In this document: piece by piece, positions 12,020 to 22,886 of the stretch
Numbering within the stretch: position 1 is the first letter of the stretch
How the letters are laid out: each line of letters starts with the position of its first letter
Assembly: GCA_025558095.1 (NCBI GenBank)
Contig: JAIVFI010000012.1
Coordinates: 310,001 to 374,000 of the forward strand
Direction of reading: 5' to 3'
DNA length: 64,000 bases
From: Hyaloraphidium curvatum SAG 235-1
Taxonomy: Eukaryota > Fungi > Monoblepharomycota
The notes under the pieces: model-generated
The model's database searches: none
Told to the model about the DNA's origin: nothing
The model's input: the letters and a program-made list of their open reading frames with translations, nothing else
Made by a program: the position numbers and the translations under genes

Positions 12020-13822
12020 TCACCCGTACCCGTAGGCATGCGGATGCGGATCCTCAAACTGCGGCAGCCATGCCGCCAGCCCGCGGTGCAGCTGCTCCAG
12101 CGCCTTCGCGAGGGCCGAGACGGGCGAAGTCCTGTCCACCTGCCCTGCGCTGGCAAACTGCGCGTCGTGCACCTCGTCCAAGGCCTCCTCGGGCACTTTT
12201 GACGCTGGAAAATCCTCCCCCAGCGCCCCCGCCGCCCTCGCCGCGCGGATGAAGTCGGCCGTCAACTTTGCCAGCACGAGGTGGCTTCCCGACCCGAGCG
12301 TCGCCAGGCCGCGCGCCGTTCCCTCGACGTTCCTGCGCAGGCGTTCCGCCGGTCCCCTCGCCTCGGGGCTGTTGTCCGCGCGCAGGACGTCAAAGAGGAT
12401 GAGGCTGACTATCCCCACGCGGACCGAGTGCAGCGCCACGACCGGGTACAGCAGCGGCAAGTCCTCGTCCCTGAGGTGCTCCATCAGCTCCGACATGAGC
12501 TGCGCGCGGTCAAGGACGCGCAGGAAAGTTGGCGAACCAAACACTACGGTGGCGGGCGGAGGGGCCGAGGGGCCTTGGGGCGGGTCGACCGCGGCCTCGA
12601 GCCAGGTGCAGAGCACGGCAAAGATCATGGCGAAAAAAGCATGCGCGTAGGCCGGATGAGTGAAACAGGGGGCCGTGAGCAAGGGAACGGGATCGCCCGC
12701 GAGCAGAGAGCGGGAAATGTCCGGGGGCATGGCATGGACGAGCACGTAAGTAAGATTGTCCACCAATTCCAGGCTGTCGCAGTAGGTGATCTCGCTCGGC
12801 GTCAGCTGGTCCCGCTCCTTGCACGTGAGTGCTATCGGATCCACGCCGTAGTTGCGGGCGAATGCCCGCAGCTTGCCGCGGATGCTCCGGAAAAAGGCGT
12901 GGAGGGAGTGGCCGGTGACGAAGCTGGCTCGCCCGGAAAAGAGCTCGACGACCATGTGGCGGAGCGCGCCCTTGACGGCATCGACTTCGGGTCCGCGAGC
13001 AAATGCCGCCAGATCAGCGAATCGATGCGGGCCGAAGGCTCCAGCGGCGACCAGGGCGTCGAAGGCCCCCTTTGGATCGGGGCTGTGGAAGAAGCGCTCG
13101 TGCGCCGCTAGCGGCGCCGGCCAGGCCGTGGCGTCGATCAAAGCTGGATAGCCAAAGTAGGATGAGGCGCCATTGTCGAATGCAGTAAAGACGCAGAAGC
13201 ACCGCAGAGCCGAATCGACCCTGATCCACTCGTCGACGGTCCGCGGCCAGCTCATGGCCCAGGCGAAGCCGCCCGACGCGTCCAGGCACAGAGCCGAAAG
13301 GGCAGCGTGACCGGCCCTGAGCAGCGGCATGACAGCGGCAGATGCGGTCCTGAACATGGCCACATGGATCAGGAGAGCGACGCACTGGGCCGCCTCGAGG
13401 GGGTCGTGGAGGCCCTGGAGCACGCGTTCCCGGGCGGCCGCCGCAAACGCTCCCGCCAGCGCCGGTTGAGACGCGCCGGCAGCCGCCATTGCCAGCAGCA
13501 GCGTCGGCGGCGGCGCCGCGAGCGTGCTTCGGTGGACCACGGGTGGCGAGGCCCCTGCCGAAACGAACGCCGCCGCCGCCTCCGACACCCCCGAGGCCGC
13601 TGCCGTCTCGGCGAGCGACGCCGTGCTCGGCGTCTGATGCGGGAATGGTGCCGGTGGAGCCGCAGCAACCCCGCCGTCGGCCGCCGCGGGCGCCCGCAGA
13701 ACGCAAGTCCTGCCCAACTTCAGACACCGTGCGCAGCACTGCGGGTCTTCTGAAGGCAGGCACTTCTTTTTATCGCTGAAGCAGTTTCTGCAGCTCTTTT
13801 TCGGGGGGTCCGAGGCGGTCAT
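12020..13822 (-). CDS. Zn(II)2Cys6 transcription factor with middle homology region, paralog 1; single ORF
   Basis: SCRNCFSDKKKC-x7-CARCLKLGRTC binuclear cluster; 600-aa ORF collinear with 16939-18765. Confidence 0.9.
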   Translation of the reverse strand: MTASDPPKKSCRNCFSDKKKCLPSEDPQCCARCLKLGRTCVLRAPAAADGGVAAAPPAPFPHQTPSTASLAETAAASGVSEAAAAFVSAGASPPVVHRSTLAAPPPTLLLAMAAAGASQPALAGAFAAAARERVLQGLHDPLEAAQCVALLIHVAMFRTASAAVMPLLRAGHAALSALCLDASGGFAWAMSWPRTVDEWIRVDSALRCFCVFTAFDNGASSYFGYPALIDATAWPAPLAAHERFFHSPDPKGAFDALVAAGAFGPHRFADLAAFARGPEVDAVKGALRHMVVELFSGRASFVTGHSLHAFFRSIRGKLRAFARNYGVDPIALTCKERDQLTPSEITYCDSLELVDNLTYVLVHAMPPDISRSLLAGDPVPLLTAPCFTHPAYAHAFFAMIFAVLCTWLEAAVDPPQGPSAPPPATVVFGSPTFLRVLDRAQLMSELMEHLRDEDLPLLYPVVALHSVRVGIVSLILFDVLRADNSPEARGPAERLRRNVEGTARGLATLGSGSHLVLAKLTADFIRAARAAGALGEDFPASKVPEEALDEVHDAQFASAGQVDRTSPVSALAKALEQLHRGLAAWLPQFEDPHPHAYGYG

Positions 13823-14735
13823 CCTTCAGGCGTCCATGAGAAGTGGAAGCTCGGGAGGCAATGCAAGGACTCATCAACCAGGGACGCATGCACCATCCTA
13901 CATCCCAAGTGAGCCCGAATACCCGTCCATCCAGACGGCATCTTTCGATGATGTGTTGGTAAAGGAAGCCGCGGCGCCGGAGACGAGCCTCGCGTGCGTG
14001 TTTCTCGCAAGACCCTCATTCCAAGCCAAGGACTAGGCTACACTTGTACAGAGACGTCGTACTGCGTTGTCAAATCTATAAGAGATCATAAACAGCGACA
14101 AAGTATTGGTGCCTGCTTTGGCCCTTCCTTCTTTCTTTCGCCGAATCGAGCCGAACAGACCAGAAGATGTAGCGCTCTGGCCACGAACGGGCAGAACCAT
14201 ACGAGAACATGTAGGTGCCTTGAACTGAAGCGCATCGAGGAGTGCTCAATGTTGTCGGTTTGGCACTGTGCGCTGTGGGCTTGGCCCGGCGTGGAAGAGC
14301 TGGGCTCGAGCGGGATACGGATGTGGTTCGGCGCGACGAGACCCTAGTGCTCGAAACATCCAAACGTGCATTCTCCTGTTGTGGTAGATGGTTGCCCGTC
14401 GAGCAGTGAGACCGGAAAGCACAGCGCATGCGCACGTGAACCAGTGATTCTCCTAAAGTTCCCCAGCTGCCCGAAGTAGAGCCCGGCGCCAGAACGTGCC
14501 TGATAAAAGGCCGCTCGAAGCTTATCAGATTGAGCTTGGGCGTACGAGCTTCGCTATTGGCCGAGGTGTGGTAGCACAAAACACCCGGGAAAAGGGTCCT
14601 GGGTCGGGGGTTTCTCTAGCCGAATCGGGGCTTGTGCGCCGGAGCTGGGCCGGGCGGCCGCCGGCACCGGACACCCCGCGGACCAAGTTGAATCGGAAGT
14701 CTTGAAATCCGAACCGCAAGCCCACGAAGCGCGCC

Positions 14736-16677
14736 ATGGGGACGTGCAACGTCACTACCCCTCAATTCTGGGAGGATCCAGTCAAATACTGGGCGGTACG
14801 CATATTCCCCGCGGCACCTCGCGGAACCCGTGGCGTGGTGCGGAGCACTGACGTTCTTTCCCTCCACTCCTCGCAGTCGACTCCATGCGCGCCCATTACG
14901 CAGAACCAGACGGCGACTCCCAATGCCGCTGGCATGGCCTTCTTGCCGTGGTACGGCATCGGCACCCAGTACATGACCGAATCTATCGGCTGCGGGATCA
15001 TTACGAGCGTAACGGTATCCATGTCAGCAAACATGTTGCTCCGTCGCACTGCGGGCGCCGACACCGGCTGGTCTAACTGGGTGTTTGTCGTGAGTGCCGA
15101 ACCTCGCCCGATTCGGCCGCTTTCCCCGGATCTGAGCTGTTCCTCCCTCGCAGGCCGCTGTCAACTCTGCCGTCTACACCATCACCACCGTCATGATGTC
15201 CCAGTCGTCCGGCCTTTTCAATCCCGCCTTCCTGTTTGGCTACGCCATCATGGGCAGGATCACGTGGGCGCAGTGGATCATCCTCTCCCTCGCGAACGTT
15301 GGTTTTCGCCACTTCTGTGGCCAAAGCTTGCAACCCTGAACCTTATCTGCCCCAGATTGTCGGCTCGTTCATGGGTGCCCTCATCTCATACCTTCAAGTC
15401 CTCCAGCAGATGTGCCGTGTGCCAACCCCGAAGCGCCTTCCCAACGGGGATTTCGTTTACATCGAGGTCAATGCGTGGCGTCTCTGGCGGCTTGGCAAGC
15501 ACCCGCTGAAGACCTGGGGCGACGCGGACAGGAACCACGTTATACGGGAAAAGAACATTGAAAGGCAAGCGGCACGGACGTGGAATCCCCAGGTTGTTGC
15601 TGACGTTTAATCTGCTCGTTCCTGGACAGCTGGGCCATGAGGATCGTCCACGACAAGGAACACTGGCTCGGCAAGAACTCTGACGACGACCGCGACGAAG
15701 TCCTTGGCCAGCTTGTCGACCCCAGTGTGCGCACGGAGGCCGAGCCGTCGGTCGGCGCCAACGGCCCCAAGGCTGCAGAGGAAGGAAACGGCGCTGCCGC
15801 CGCCGATCAGTCGGACAATGCCACGGCCCACCTGACCGACGGCGCTTACCGCGCTGAGCTGATCAAGGACCGTCGTCGCAAGCTGATCTGCTTCTGCGAA
15901 AGCCCGATCATGTGGTCGCCCTTCTTCATCTACCCTGTGATAGCTCACATTATGGCTGGGACGACGGCAATGCATTGGACTTCCTTCATTACAGGGACCG
16001 CGTCGCAGGTACGTGATCCACCGAGGTGGCTGCCGAGCCGTCCGAATAACCTCACCCGCCATTCGTAAAGGGCACGAACACCAACGCCTACCTCGTTCAA
16101 GCGTTCCCCGCGCGGGACAACAACGGGCTCCCGGGCCAGACGATCGCTTGGTGAGTGTTTGCGCCGGGGCGCTCCGCCAGACAGCGGACCGCTAACCCGC
16201 ACAACATCTCGCATTCAGGCAAGTGATGGTCTCCGAGGCTTGGCTCATGTTCCTCGTGTATGTTCTGCGTCTGCCGAGCCCCTCGATCGCGTTGACACTC
16301 TACTTGGTGCCCCCCAGCTACTTTCTGCTCTCGGTCTCGGCTGGCGCCCCCAACTACATGATTCTCAACCCTGCAATCGACCTCGGCGGCCGCCTCGTGC
16401 ACTGGCTGTTTCCGATCGCGAACAAGGGCTCGACTGAATGGTAAGCGACCGTCTCCGAAAGTTGATGAGGCTGATACGTCTGATACATCGCTTTCAGGGA
16501 CTACGCCTGGGTTCCCTTCTTCATTCCTTTCGTCGGAGCGACCATCGCCGCCGCGATGATGTACCTGTTCGTATTTGGTCGCCTCCAGGCTTTCCTCGAA
16601 CTAATCCGGTCATTTCCAGTGGGATGTGGGCGCACTTTGGCTGGCCGTGGACGCCCTACGGCACCATGCGCGTGTAA
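14736..16677 (+). CDS. MIP-family aquaglyceroporin of GlpF/GIP type; multi-exon; alternative last exon to 16760
   Basis: Spliced translation ANMLLRRTAG..., SSGLFNPAFLFG (NPA1), KLICFCESP, ILNPAIDLGGRLVHWLFPIANKGSTEW|DYAWVPFFIPFVGA (NPA2). Confidence 0.88.
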
Positions 16678-16824
16678 CGGACTATGGAGACCCCATTTCC
16701 AGGGGTATGTGGGCCCACTTTGCCTGGCCGTGGACTCCGTACGGCACCATGCGCGTGTGATTCTCAGCCAACGCCTTTGATTCGGGTGGACGCCGTACAG
16801 CCGCGCGGCACCATGCGCGGATGA
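16611..16824 (+). repeat. Tandem copies of the aquaporin terminal exon (two full copies, one degenerate)
   Basis: catttccag + exon at 16611-16677 and 16694-16760 (83-nt period); partial third copy at about 16786-16824. Confidence 0.92.
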
Positions 16825-16938
16825 TCCGCGATCGGCAACCGGGTGGTTATCGTTTGTCCTTTGTTACCGTATGGAATGAGAATTACTTTGCCTCCGAATC
16901 CAACCCAACTCCTGATGAAAACTAAACATCCGATGAAA

Positions 16939-18765
16939 CTAAGCATGCAACTCTCCCGAAGCCGCCCTGGCCCAATCTTCCAATCGAGGCACCCACGTCG
17001 TCAGCCCCCGATCGAGCTGGCCCAACGCCCTGGACAGAGCTGCCGCGGGCGCGCTGCGATCGACTCCTTCGGGGCTCGTGAACTCGGCCTGCACCTCCTC
17101 CAGGGCCACCTCGGATAGAGGAGAGCCAGGAAACTCCTCCCCCAGGGCACCAGCAGCTCGTGCGGCGCGGAAAAAGTCGGCGTTGAGCTTGGCCAAGGCA
17201 GGAGAGATGTCGGTGCCGATGCTGGCGAGCACCCGCGCGACGTACTCGACATTTCTCCTCAAACGCTCCACGGGTTCCGTGGCGGCGTGCTCGGCATCGC
17301 CTTGAAGAATGTCGAAAAGCGTCAGGCTGATGAGGCCGACCCGAACCGAGGCCAAGCCAACGGCGGGGTAAAGCAGCGGCAGGTCCTCGTCGCGGAGGCT
17401 CTCCAGCAGGTCGCACAAGACCTGCGCACGGTCGAGAATGCGCACGAAGGTGTGAGAGCCAAAGAGGCCCTCGGAAACCGGTGTGTCGGATTGACCATTC
17501 AGGGGATCCGCGGCCGCTTCAACCCACGTCGCCAAGATCACGAAGCTGAGGGCGAAGAAGATCTGTGCAATAGCCGGGCTCATGAAGATAGAATCGGATA
17601 GCAGGGGCGCGGCGTCTCCCGCGAGGAAGGGGCCACCTACACCCTCTGGCATTGAGGCAAAGAAAGCCCTCGTAAGGTCGTCTGTAAGGTCCAGCGCATC
17701 GCAGTAGGTGAGCTCGTCCGCCGTCAGCTGCTCGCGTTCTTTGCCCATGATGGCAAGCGGCTCTATGCCCCGATCTCGAGCGAATCCGCGGAGCTTGCCG
17801 CGCATGCTCCGCATGAAGGCGTGGATCGAATACACCGCGACGCAGCTTGCCCGTTGCTCGAAAATGCTGCGGACGATGTGCCGTATGGGGCCACTGGCGG
17901 CCTCGAACACCGGCGTCCGGGCAAAGGCCGAAAAGTCGACGAAGCGGCCTGGGCCAAAGGCACCCGCCGCGCGCAGTTCCTCAAAGGCGGCGTGGGGATC
18001 GGCACTATCGAAGAAGCTCTCGTGCGCAGGCAGCGGCGCTGGACAGGCAGTGGCATCGAAGAGCGCAGCGTCCCCGAAGTGGGAGTTGGCGCCATTGTCC
18101 AAGGAGCTGAAAACACACCAGCACCTCAAAGCCGACTCCGCAATGATCCACTCCTCAACGTTGCTTGGCTCTCGCATTTCCCGGGAGAACCCGCCTGACG
18201 AGTCGAGGCAGAGAGAGGCCAGGGCCGCGCGGCCGGCGACGAGGAGCGGCGGTATCGCGGCCGACATCGAGCGGAACATGGTAAAGTGCAGAAGAAGCAC
18301 GACGGTCTGGGCGGTCTCAAGTGAATCCGCCGCCAAGCCCGCCAGCACCCGATCGGTTGCCGCTCCAGCGAACAGACGCGCCGAAGACAACTCGGAAGCG
18401 CCCATCGCCGCCATGGCGAGAATCAGGGTCGGCGGGGGCGAGGCAAGCGTTGTGCGGTGTATGACTGGAGGAGAGGCCCCTGCCGCGATGAAGCCCTGTG
18501 CCGCTGCGGCCACGCCGGGGAGCGACGCAATGTCGGCAACGGCGACATCGTCAGCTGGTTCCGAACTTTCCAGCGGCCAAGAACGGTCCGTCAACTCGGA
18601 TGGGCCCGACGGTGACGCCGGGCTCTGGGCCCCAAACACACATTCTCGGTTCAACCGTGCGCAGCGTTCGCAGGGTCCGGGTTCGGGGCTCCGCACGCAC
18701 TTCTTGCGATCGTGGAAGCAGGCGTCGCAGGATTTCCTAGGAACTCCCGTCCTCTTGGGGGGCAT
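16939..18765 (-). CDS. Zn(II)2Cys6 transcription factor, paralog 2; single ORF
   Basis: SCDACFHDRKKC-x7-CERCARLNREC; shares AGASPPV.HR.TLA.PPPTL, SALRC.CVF, LRDEDLPLLYP, ERLRRNVE with paralog 1. Confidence 0.9.
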   Translation of the reverse strand: MPPKRTGVPRKSCDACFHDRKKCVRSPEPGPCERCARLNRECVFGAQSPASPSGPSELTDRSWPLESSEPADDVAVADIASLPGVAAAAQGFIAAGASPPVIHRTTLASPPPTLILAMAAMGASELSSARLFAGAATDRVLAGLAADSLETAQTVVLLLHFTMFRSMSAAIPPLLVAGRAALASLCLDSSGGFSREMREPSNVEEWIIAESALRCWCVFSSLDNGANSHFGDAALFDATACPAPLPAHESFFDSADPHAAFEELRAAGAFGPGRFVDFSAFARTPVFEAASGPIRHIVRSIFEQRASCVAVYSIHAFMRSMRGKLRGFARDRGIEPLAIMGKEREQLTADELTYCDALDLTDDLTRAFFASMPEGVGGPFLAGDAAPLLSDSIFMSPAIAQIFFALSFVILATWVEAAADPLNGQSDTPVSEGLFGSHTFVRILDRAQVLCDLLESLRDEDLPLLYPAVGLASVRVGLISLTLFDILQGDAEHAATEPVERLRRNVEYVARVLASIGTDISPALAKLNADFFRAARAAGALGEEFPGSPLSEVALEEVQAEFTSPEGVDRSAPAAALSRALGQLDRGLTTWVPRLEDWARAASGELHA

Positions 18766-19287
18766 ATTGATTGTCGGTGGAGCGAACGGGCAAGTCTCCG
18801 AACCGTCGCTGCAGTGTCGCTAGCGCCAAATCGAGTGCAGGCTATTCTCCGCGGGGGCACGGCGTCGGCAAGGAAGGCAAGGTTCCGGATCCTTTCTGCG
18901 CGGCGCGGGATTTGACGGGGGGAGTTCCGTCGCCTCTGGTCAACCACTCGCGCCGTCGGTGCGGGGCGCCTCTCGCTCGCCCGCGGCGCGTTGGTCCCAC
19001 GCGCAACTGCAGTTCGCGCGTTCGAGCCGCCACCTCCGGCCCGTTCGGCGGGGAGACAACGTGGCCGGTTGGAGAGCGCGTCCGGGTCTCGCCGGCGGCC
19101 GCGAACGGGCCCTGAACCACTGTCTGATGTAATCACCGACAAAAGGGAGAGGGGAGGAAGGAAGGGAAATCGGCCATCAGCAGCTCTATCATCTGTTTTC
19201 TGCGCCTTTATGCGGGCTCGCGCGGGAACCCGTCGCCCGGCCGCAGCGAATGTGTTTCCAGCTCTTCCCGGTACAGAGAATGTGGAC

Positions 19288-20002
19288 TCAGCTCTTCCCC
19301 AGCACCAGCGCATCCAGCGCCTGCCCCGTTCTGTCCTTCGACTCCTTCACGATGCCCTGCACCGCCTTGAACTGCGGGTCCTTCGCGTCGCCGAGGAGCT
19401 GGAAGATGACGCTCTCGGAGCTGGCCACTTGGGCGCCCGCCTGCTTCATCCGGTCCAGGGCGAGGGAAACCTCTCCAGGGTGCATTGAGGAGACGCCGTC
19501 GGCGAGGACGATCACATCGGTAGAGGGCAGGAGCTCCAGCGCGGTCTGGGTGACGCAGACGTGGGATTCTGACGCCCGGTCAGCACGAGATAGTAGACGG
19601 AAGCCGAAACCGGAGCTACCGATGCCAAAGAGAACGACAGTCTTGATGCCCAACTGCTGCAGAAGCTCCTGCGTCTCGGGAACGCACATGGAAAACAGCC
19701 TTCCGGGGCGGGGGCGGTTCGTCATGGCTCCGCAAGTCAAACAGCCTCGATTCCGCGACGTACGTCTTGCCCAGCCTCAGCTTGGCGTGAGACACGTCGA
19801 TGTCCGCCACGGTCGGCCCCAGCGCCTTGGGGTTCTGTTCCGTGACCACGAGCGGTATGCCCAGCAGCTTCCCTGCTTCGACGACCTTCTTGGCCGTCGC
19901 CACGACCAGGTCGAAACGGTGTATGTGCGGCGCGAACTTTTCTTGGATGTCGCAGCAGAAAAGCGCGGTTGTGGCGCGCGAGGGTCGGAACCGGGAGGAC
20001 AT
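19288..20002 (-). CDS. Isochorismatase-domain protein (ISOC1/ISOC2-like); 2 introns
   Basis: LFCCDIQEKF, TEQNPKALGPTV, KT|LFSM, FGIESHVCVTQTALEL, ADGVSS, SSESVIFQLLGDAKDPQFK. Confidence 0.93.
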
Positions 20003-20280
20003 CGCGCGGCGGGTTTCGGGGGGTGCACGGCAAGCCGCGAACGCGCCTGCAGAGGCAAAAGCGGGGGGGAAGGCAGAGTGCGGCGGTCGGAGCACGCGAA
20101 GCGCGGCACCGGCTGGCATCCAGGCCCGAAATGCGCGATGAGGCCGAAGGACGATATGAGGTTGCGACTGATCGATCGAGGCGTCACGCACGCCAGACGC
20201 GCTCCAACAGCTCGCAGCTTGTCAAGATCCCTCATTAGTTGCTACATTTTCGTCCGAGATAGTTGTCCGTCCCGCCTTCT

Positions 20281-21963
20281 TCACAGGACCCACCCTGCGG
20301 TCCAGTCCCACGCCCACTCGGCCCACGTCCGCACCCGCTCCTTGTCGAACGGCTTCCCCGCCTGGCCCTCCTTCCCGACCCACACCACCTTCCCCAGCCC
20401 CTCGCCCACCCGCACGCGCCGTCCGCGCTCCAGACCTTCCCGGAACTCGAAGTGGCCCTCGCCGTGCGGCGGCCCGCGGAAGACGAGCACGATCGAGGAG
20501 CCGAGCTTGAAGCCGCCTAGCTGGGAGAGCATGGGCGCCGAGGCGGGAGGGGAGAATGCGGTGGTGTAGTGGTTCGGGTTCTTGCGCTTCTGGTTGGTTT
20601 TGATGTTCTGCGGGTGGTGAGCGGGCGGGTGAGAAGGTGTGCGGGAGCCGTTCCAGTGTGGCAGCCCACCTCGTCCAGGTCGATCATGATGCGGCCCACG
20701 TTGGTCGCGCCGACGGCCACCATCGAAAACCAGTCGAACGCCTCACGGCCCCCTTCCGCGCCGCCGCCCGAGCCCACCATGGCCACGCGCTCGTTCAGCA
20801 CAAAGAGGTTCTTGAGCCACTCGACCATGTACGGCGACACAGAGTACAGCTCCCCGGGAATGTGGCGCACCGTCTTCACCGAGAACGGGGCCAGCGGCGA
20901 GTGGAAGCGGTGGTAGTCCCCTGGCCCGAGGTAGATGAGCATGAAGTAGAGCGGCTGCTGCGCGGCCTCGGAGGTCGGCGACGCCGGCGCCGTTTCCATC
21001 CGCGTGACCTCGTCCGACTCGAGGAGCTGCCCGACCGAGAGCTCCACCGGCGCGTCCGTGAGCTGGGGCAGGCGCTCGCCCGAGACGATCTCGGGCGAGT
21101 GCGACTCGCCCACAAGGCTCTTGAGCGAGTAGCTGTGCCCCTTGACCTGCTCGATGGTCTCGTCCGACGCGACGATGCCGAAGTGAAGCACGCGGCCGTC
21201 GGCGGGCGAGACGAGGTCCCAGCCGGGCTCCGCCGCGCGCGCGCCGGGTCGGAGCTCACGGTAGAAGAAGTCACCCAGGGTGGGGAACGAGTCCAGGGGC
21301 TCAGCAATCTCGTCGAAATTGCACGCGAACATGCGCCCGTAGGTTTTGTATATCGGGGCCCGGAGCGGTTTGGGGATGGTCATGGCCGTCAGCCGGCCCC
21401 ACAGGCGCGACAGCATGCGCAGAGGCAGCGTGGCATACAGCTGGATCTGTGAAACGGGCAAGGGAGGGTGAGATGGGTGCCTCCGGCTGCGGATCCGCGG
21501 GAAAACGCACGTGCCACGGGCCCTCAACCGACACCATCTCCGCGCCGTCCTCCTCGGCCTGCATCCTCAGCTCCTCCTCGCGCAGCCGCTGCTCGCGCCG
21601 CACCACGTGCGTAAAGCCGATGAGCGTCATGACCAACAGTCCGAGCCACGCGGGGATCGAGGTCCATTTTGCGGGGTTGAGGAAGCCGAGGCGCTGGCGC
21701 AGGCGCGGGCGCCGCCGCTCCTCGCGGGGCGCGTCCGACTGCGCGCCGTTGCCATTGCGCTTTTTGTCGTCGCGGAAGCGCGTGTCACGGCGGCGCAGGT
21801 CGGGCTCGCGGGCGTCCCGCGCGGGGAACGCCGTCTGGAAGAGCCGCTGCGGGAAGAGCCGCTGCGGGAGCAGCCGCTGCGGCAGCAGCCGCCCGCGCGG
21901 CCGCGGCATGCGGAGTCCGCGCAGCCCACGGAGGAGCGCCGGCAGCGCTGGCAGGCGCCGCAT
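20281..21963 (-). CDS. PSD1: Phosphatidylserine decarboxylase proenzyme, mitochondrial type
   Basis: Arg/Leu-rich presequence and TM; LPLRMLSRLWG, FFYRELRPG, SPADG, QVKGHSYSL, YLGPGDYHRFHSP, LNERV, VGATNVG, GGFKLGSSIVL cleavage motif. Confidence 0.95.
21836..21892. repeat. 15-nt coding minisatellite in the PSD1 presequence
   Basis: (g/c)agccgctgcgg(g/c)a(a/g) repeated about 3.5 times, encoding RLLPQ RLLPQ RLFPQ RLFQ. Confidence 0.85.
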
Positions 21964-22256
21964 GATCCCGGACTTGGGGAGGGGATGAGGTGGCGCGATT
22001 TCGGCGGCCCCAAACGCTGGCCGCCACCCGCGTCCCGACATGGGGTGGACGTCCGGACCCCACGTCAACGAGGCATTTGCATTGATAAAGAACAGTAGCA
22101 CAGAGTAACAACGAACTACTACGCATCCCGAGTCGTGCCGCCGCCGTGAAGACGGAATGCTTGCTCCCGCCCCGGATCACGTGTCAAAGCGTCCCGAGCA
22201 CCCAAACACACTTCAAGCCGCGATCCGGCTGCCACTGGACGCCGATCCGCCGAGAA

Positions 22257-22886
22257 TCACATCTTGCTTTCGACTGCGCTCAGTAGCGCCGCCACGTCGG
22301 CCTCGACGGGCCCGACGATCGCCTCGGCCTCGCGCAGCGCCTCCCTCGCCGGGCCCGTCCCGTCCTTGCCTTGGACCTCGAGGTGGTACATGGCGACAAA
22401 GGCCCGCTCGTGGGAGTGGAGCAGTGCCATCCTCCGCGCGTAGTCCGGGGGCGCACCGGGATCCTTGTAGTGCCTTGCCGCGTAGCTCTCCATCAGACCA
22501 TACGTGTCAGCGATCCCCTCGAGGTCCAACAGGCCATCGACCTCCTCCTTCCACGAAACGACCTTGCGCGCAAGGCCAACCCCCTTGGCCCTCAGCTGCT
22601 CGGCGGGACGCGCCGCGATCCCGTGGTGGGCCGCCACCGGCGCGAGCACTTTCCCCACCGCGACCTCGAGCCGCAGGAGCAGGCGGATCTTGTCGAGCAC
22701 GCCGGGCAGGCCGCCTTCGGGGATGTCCAAGAGGGTGGGCGCGCGGCGGAGGAGCTCGGCGTAGTATGCGCTTGCCCAGAGCTCGCCTTCGTAGGCGATT
22801 CGGAGCCATTTGTTGAAAGTCGCGGCGTCCATGGCGGCAGGGTAGCCGCGGGCGGCGGGTGCGGCGGACGGCGCCTGCGTCGCCAT
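22257..22886 (-). CDS. Hypothetical helical protein, possibly ferritin-like; intronless; C-terminal SKM (PTS1-like)
   Basis: 209-aa ORF with GC3-rich codons; AYEGE...LLLRLE...HSHERAF pattern; ends ESKM*. Confidence 0.7.
   Translation of the reverse strand: MATQAPSAAPAARGYPAAMDAATFNKWLRIAYEGELWASAYYAELLRRAPTLLDIPEGGLPGVLDKIRLLLRLEVAVGKVLAPVAAHHGIAARPAEQLRAKGVGLARKVVSWKEEVDGLLDLEGIADTYGLMESYAARHYKDPGAPPDYARRMALLHSHERAFVAMYHLEVQGKDGTGPAREALREAEAIVGPVEADVAALLSAVESKM

Noticed and set aside
16611-16824. CRISPR-like or mobile-element repeat
   Set aside because: The units are degenerate copies of a coding exon with a splice acceptor, there are no cas or transposase genes, and the context is eukaryotic
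20490-20520. PSD1 LGSS instead of LGST
   Set aside because: The Gly-Ser cleavage pair is intact and GSS variants are known in functional PSDs
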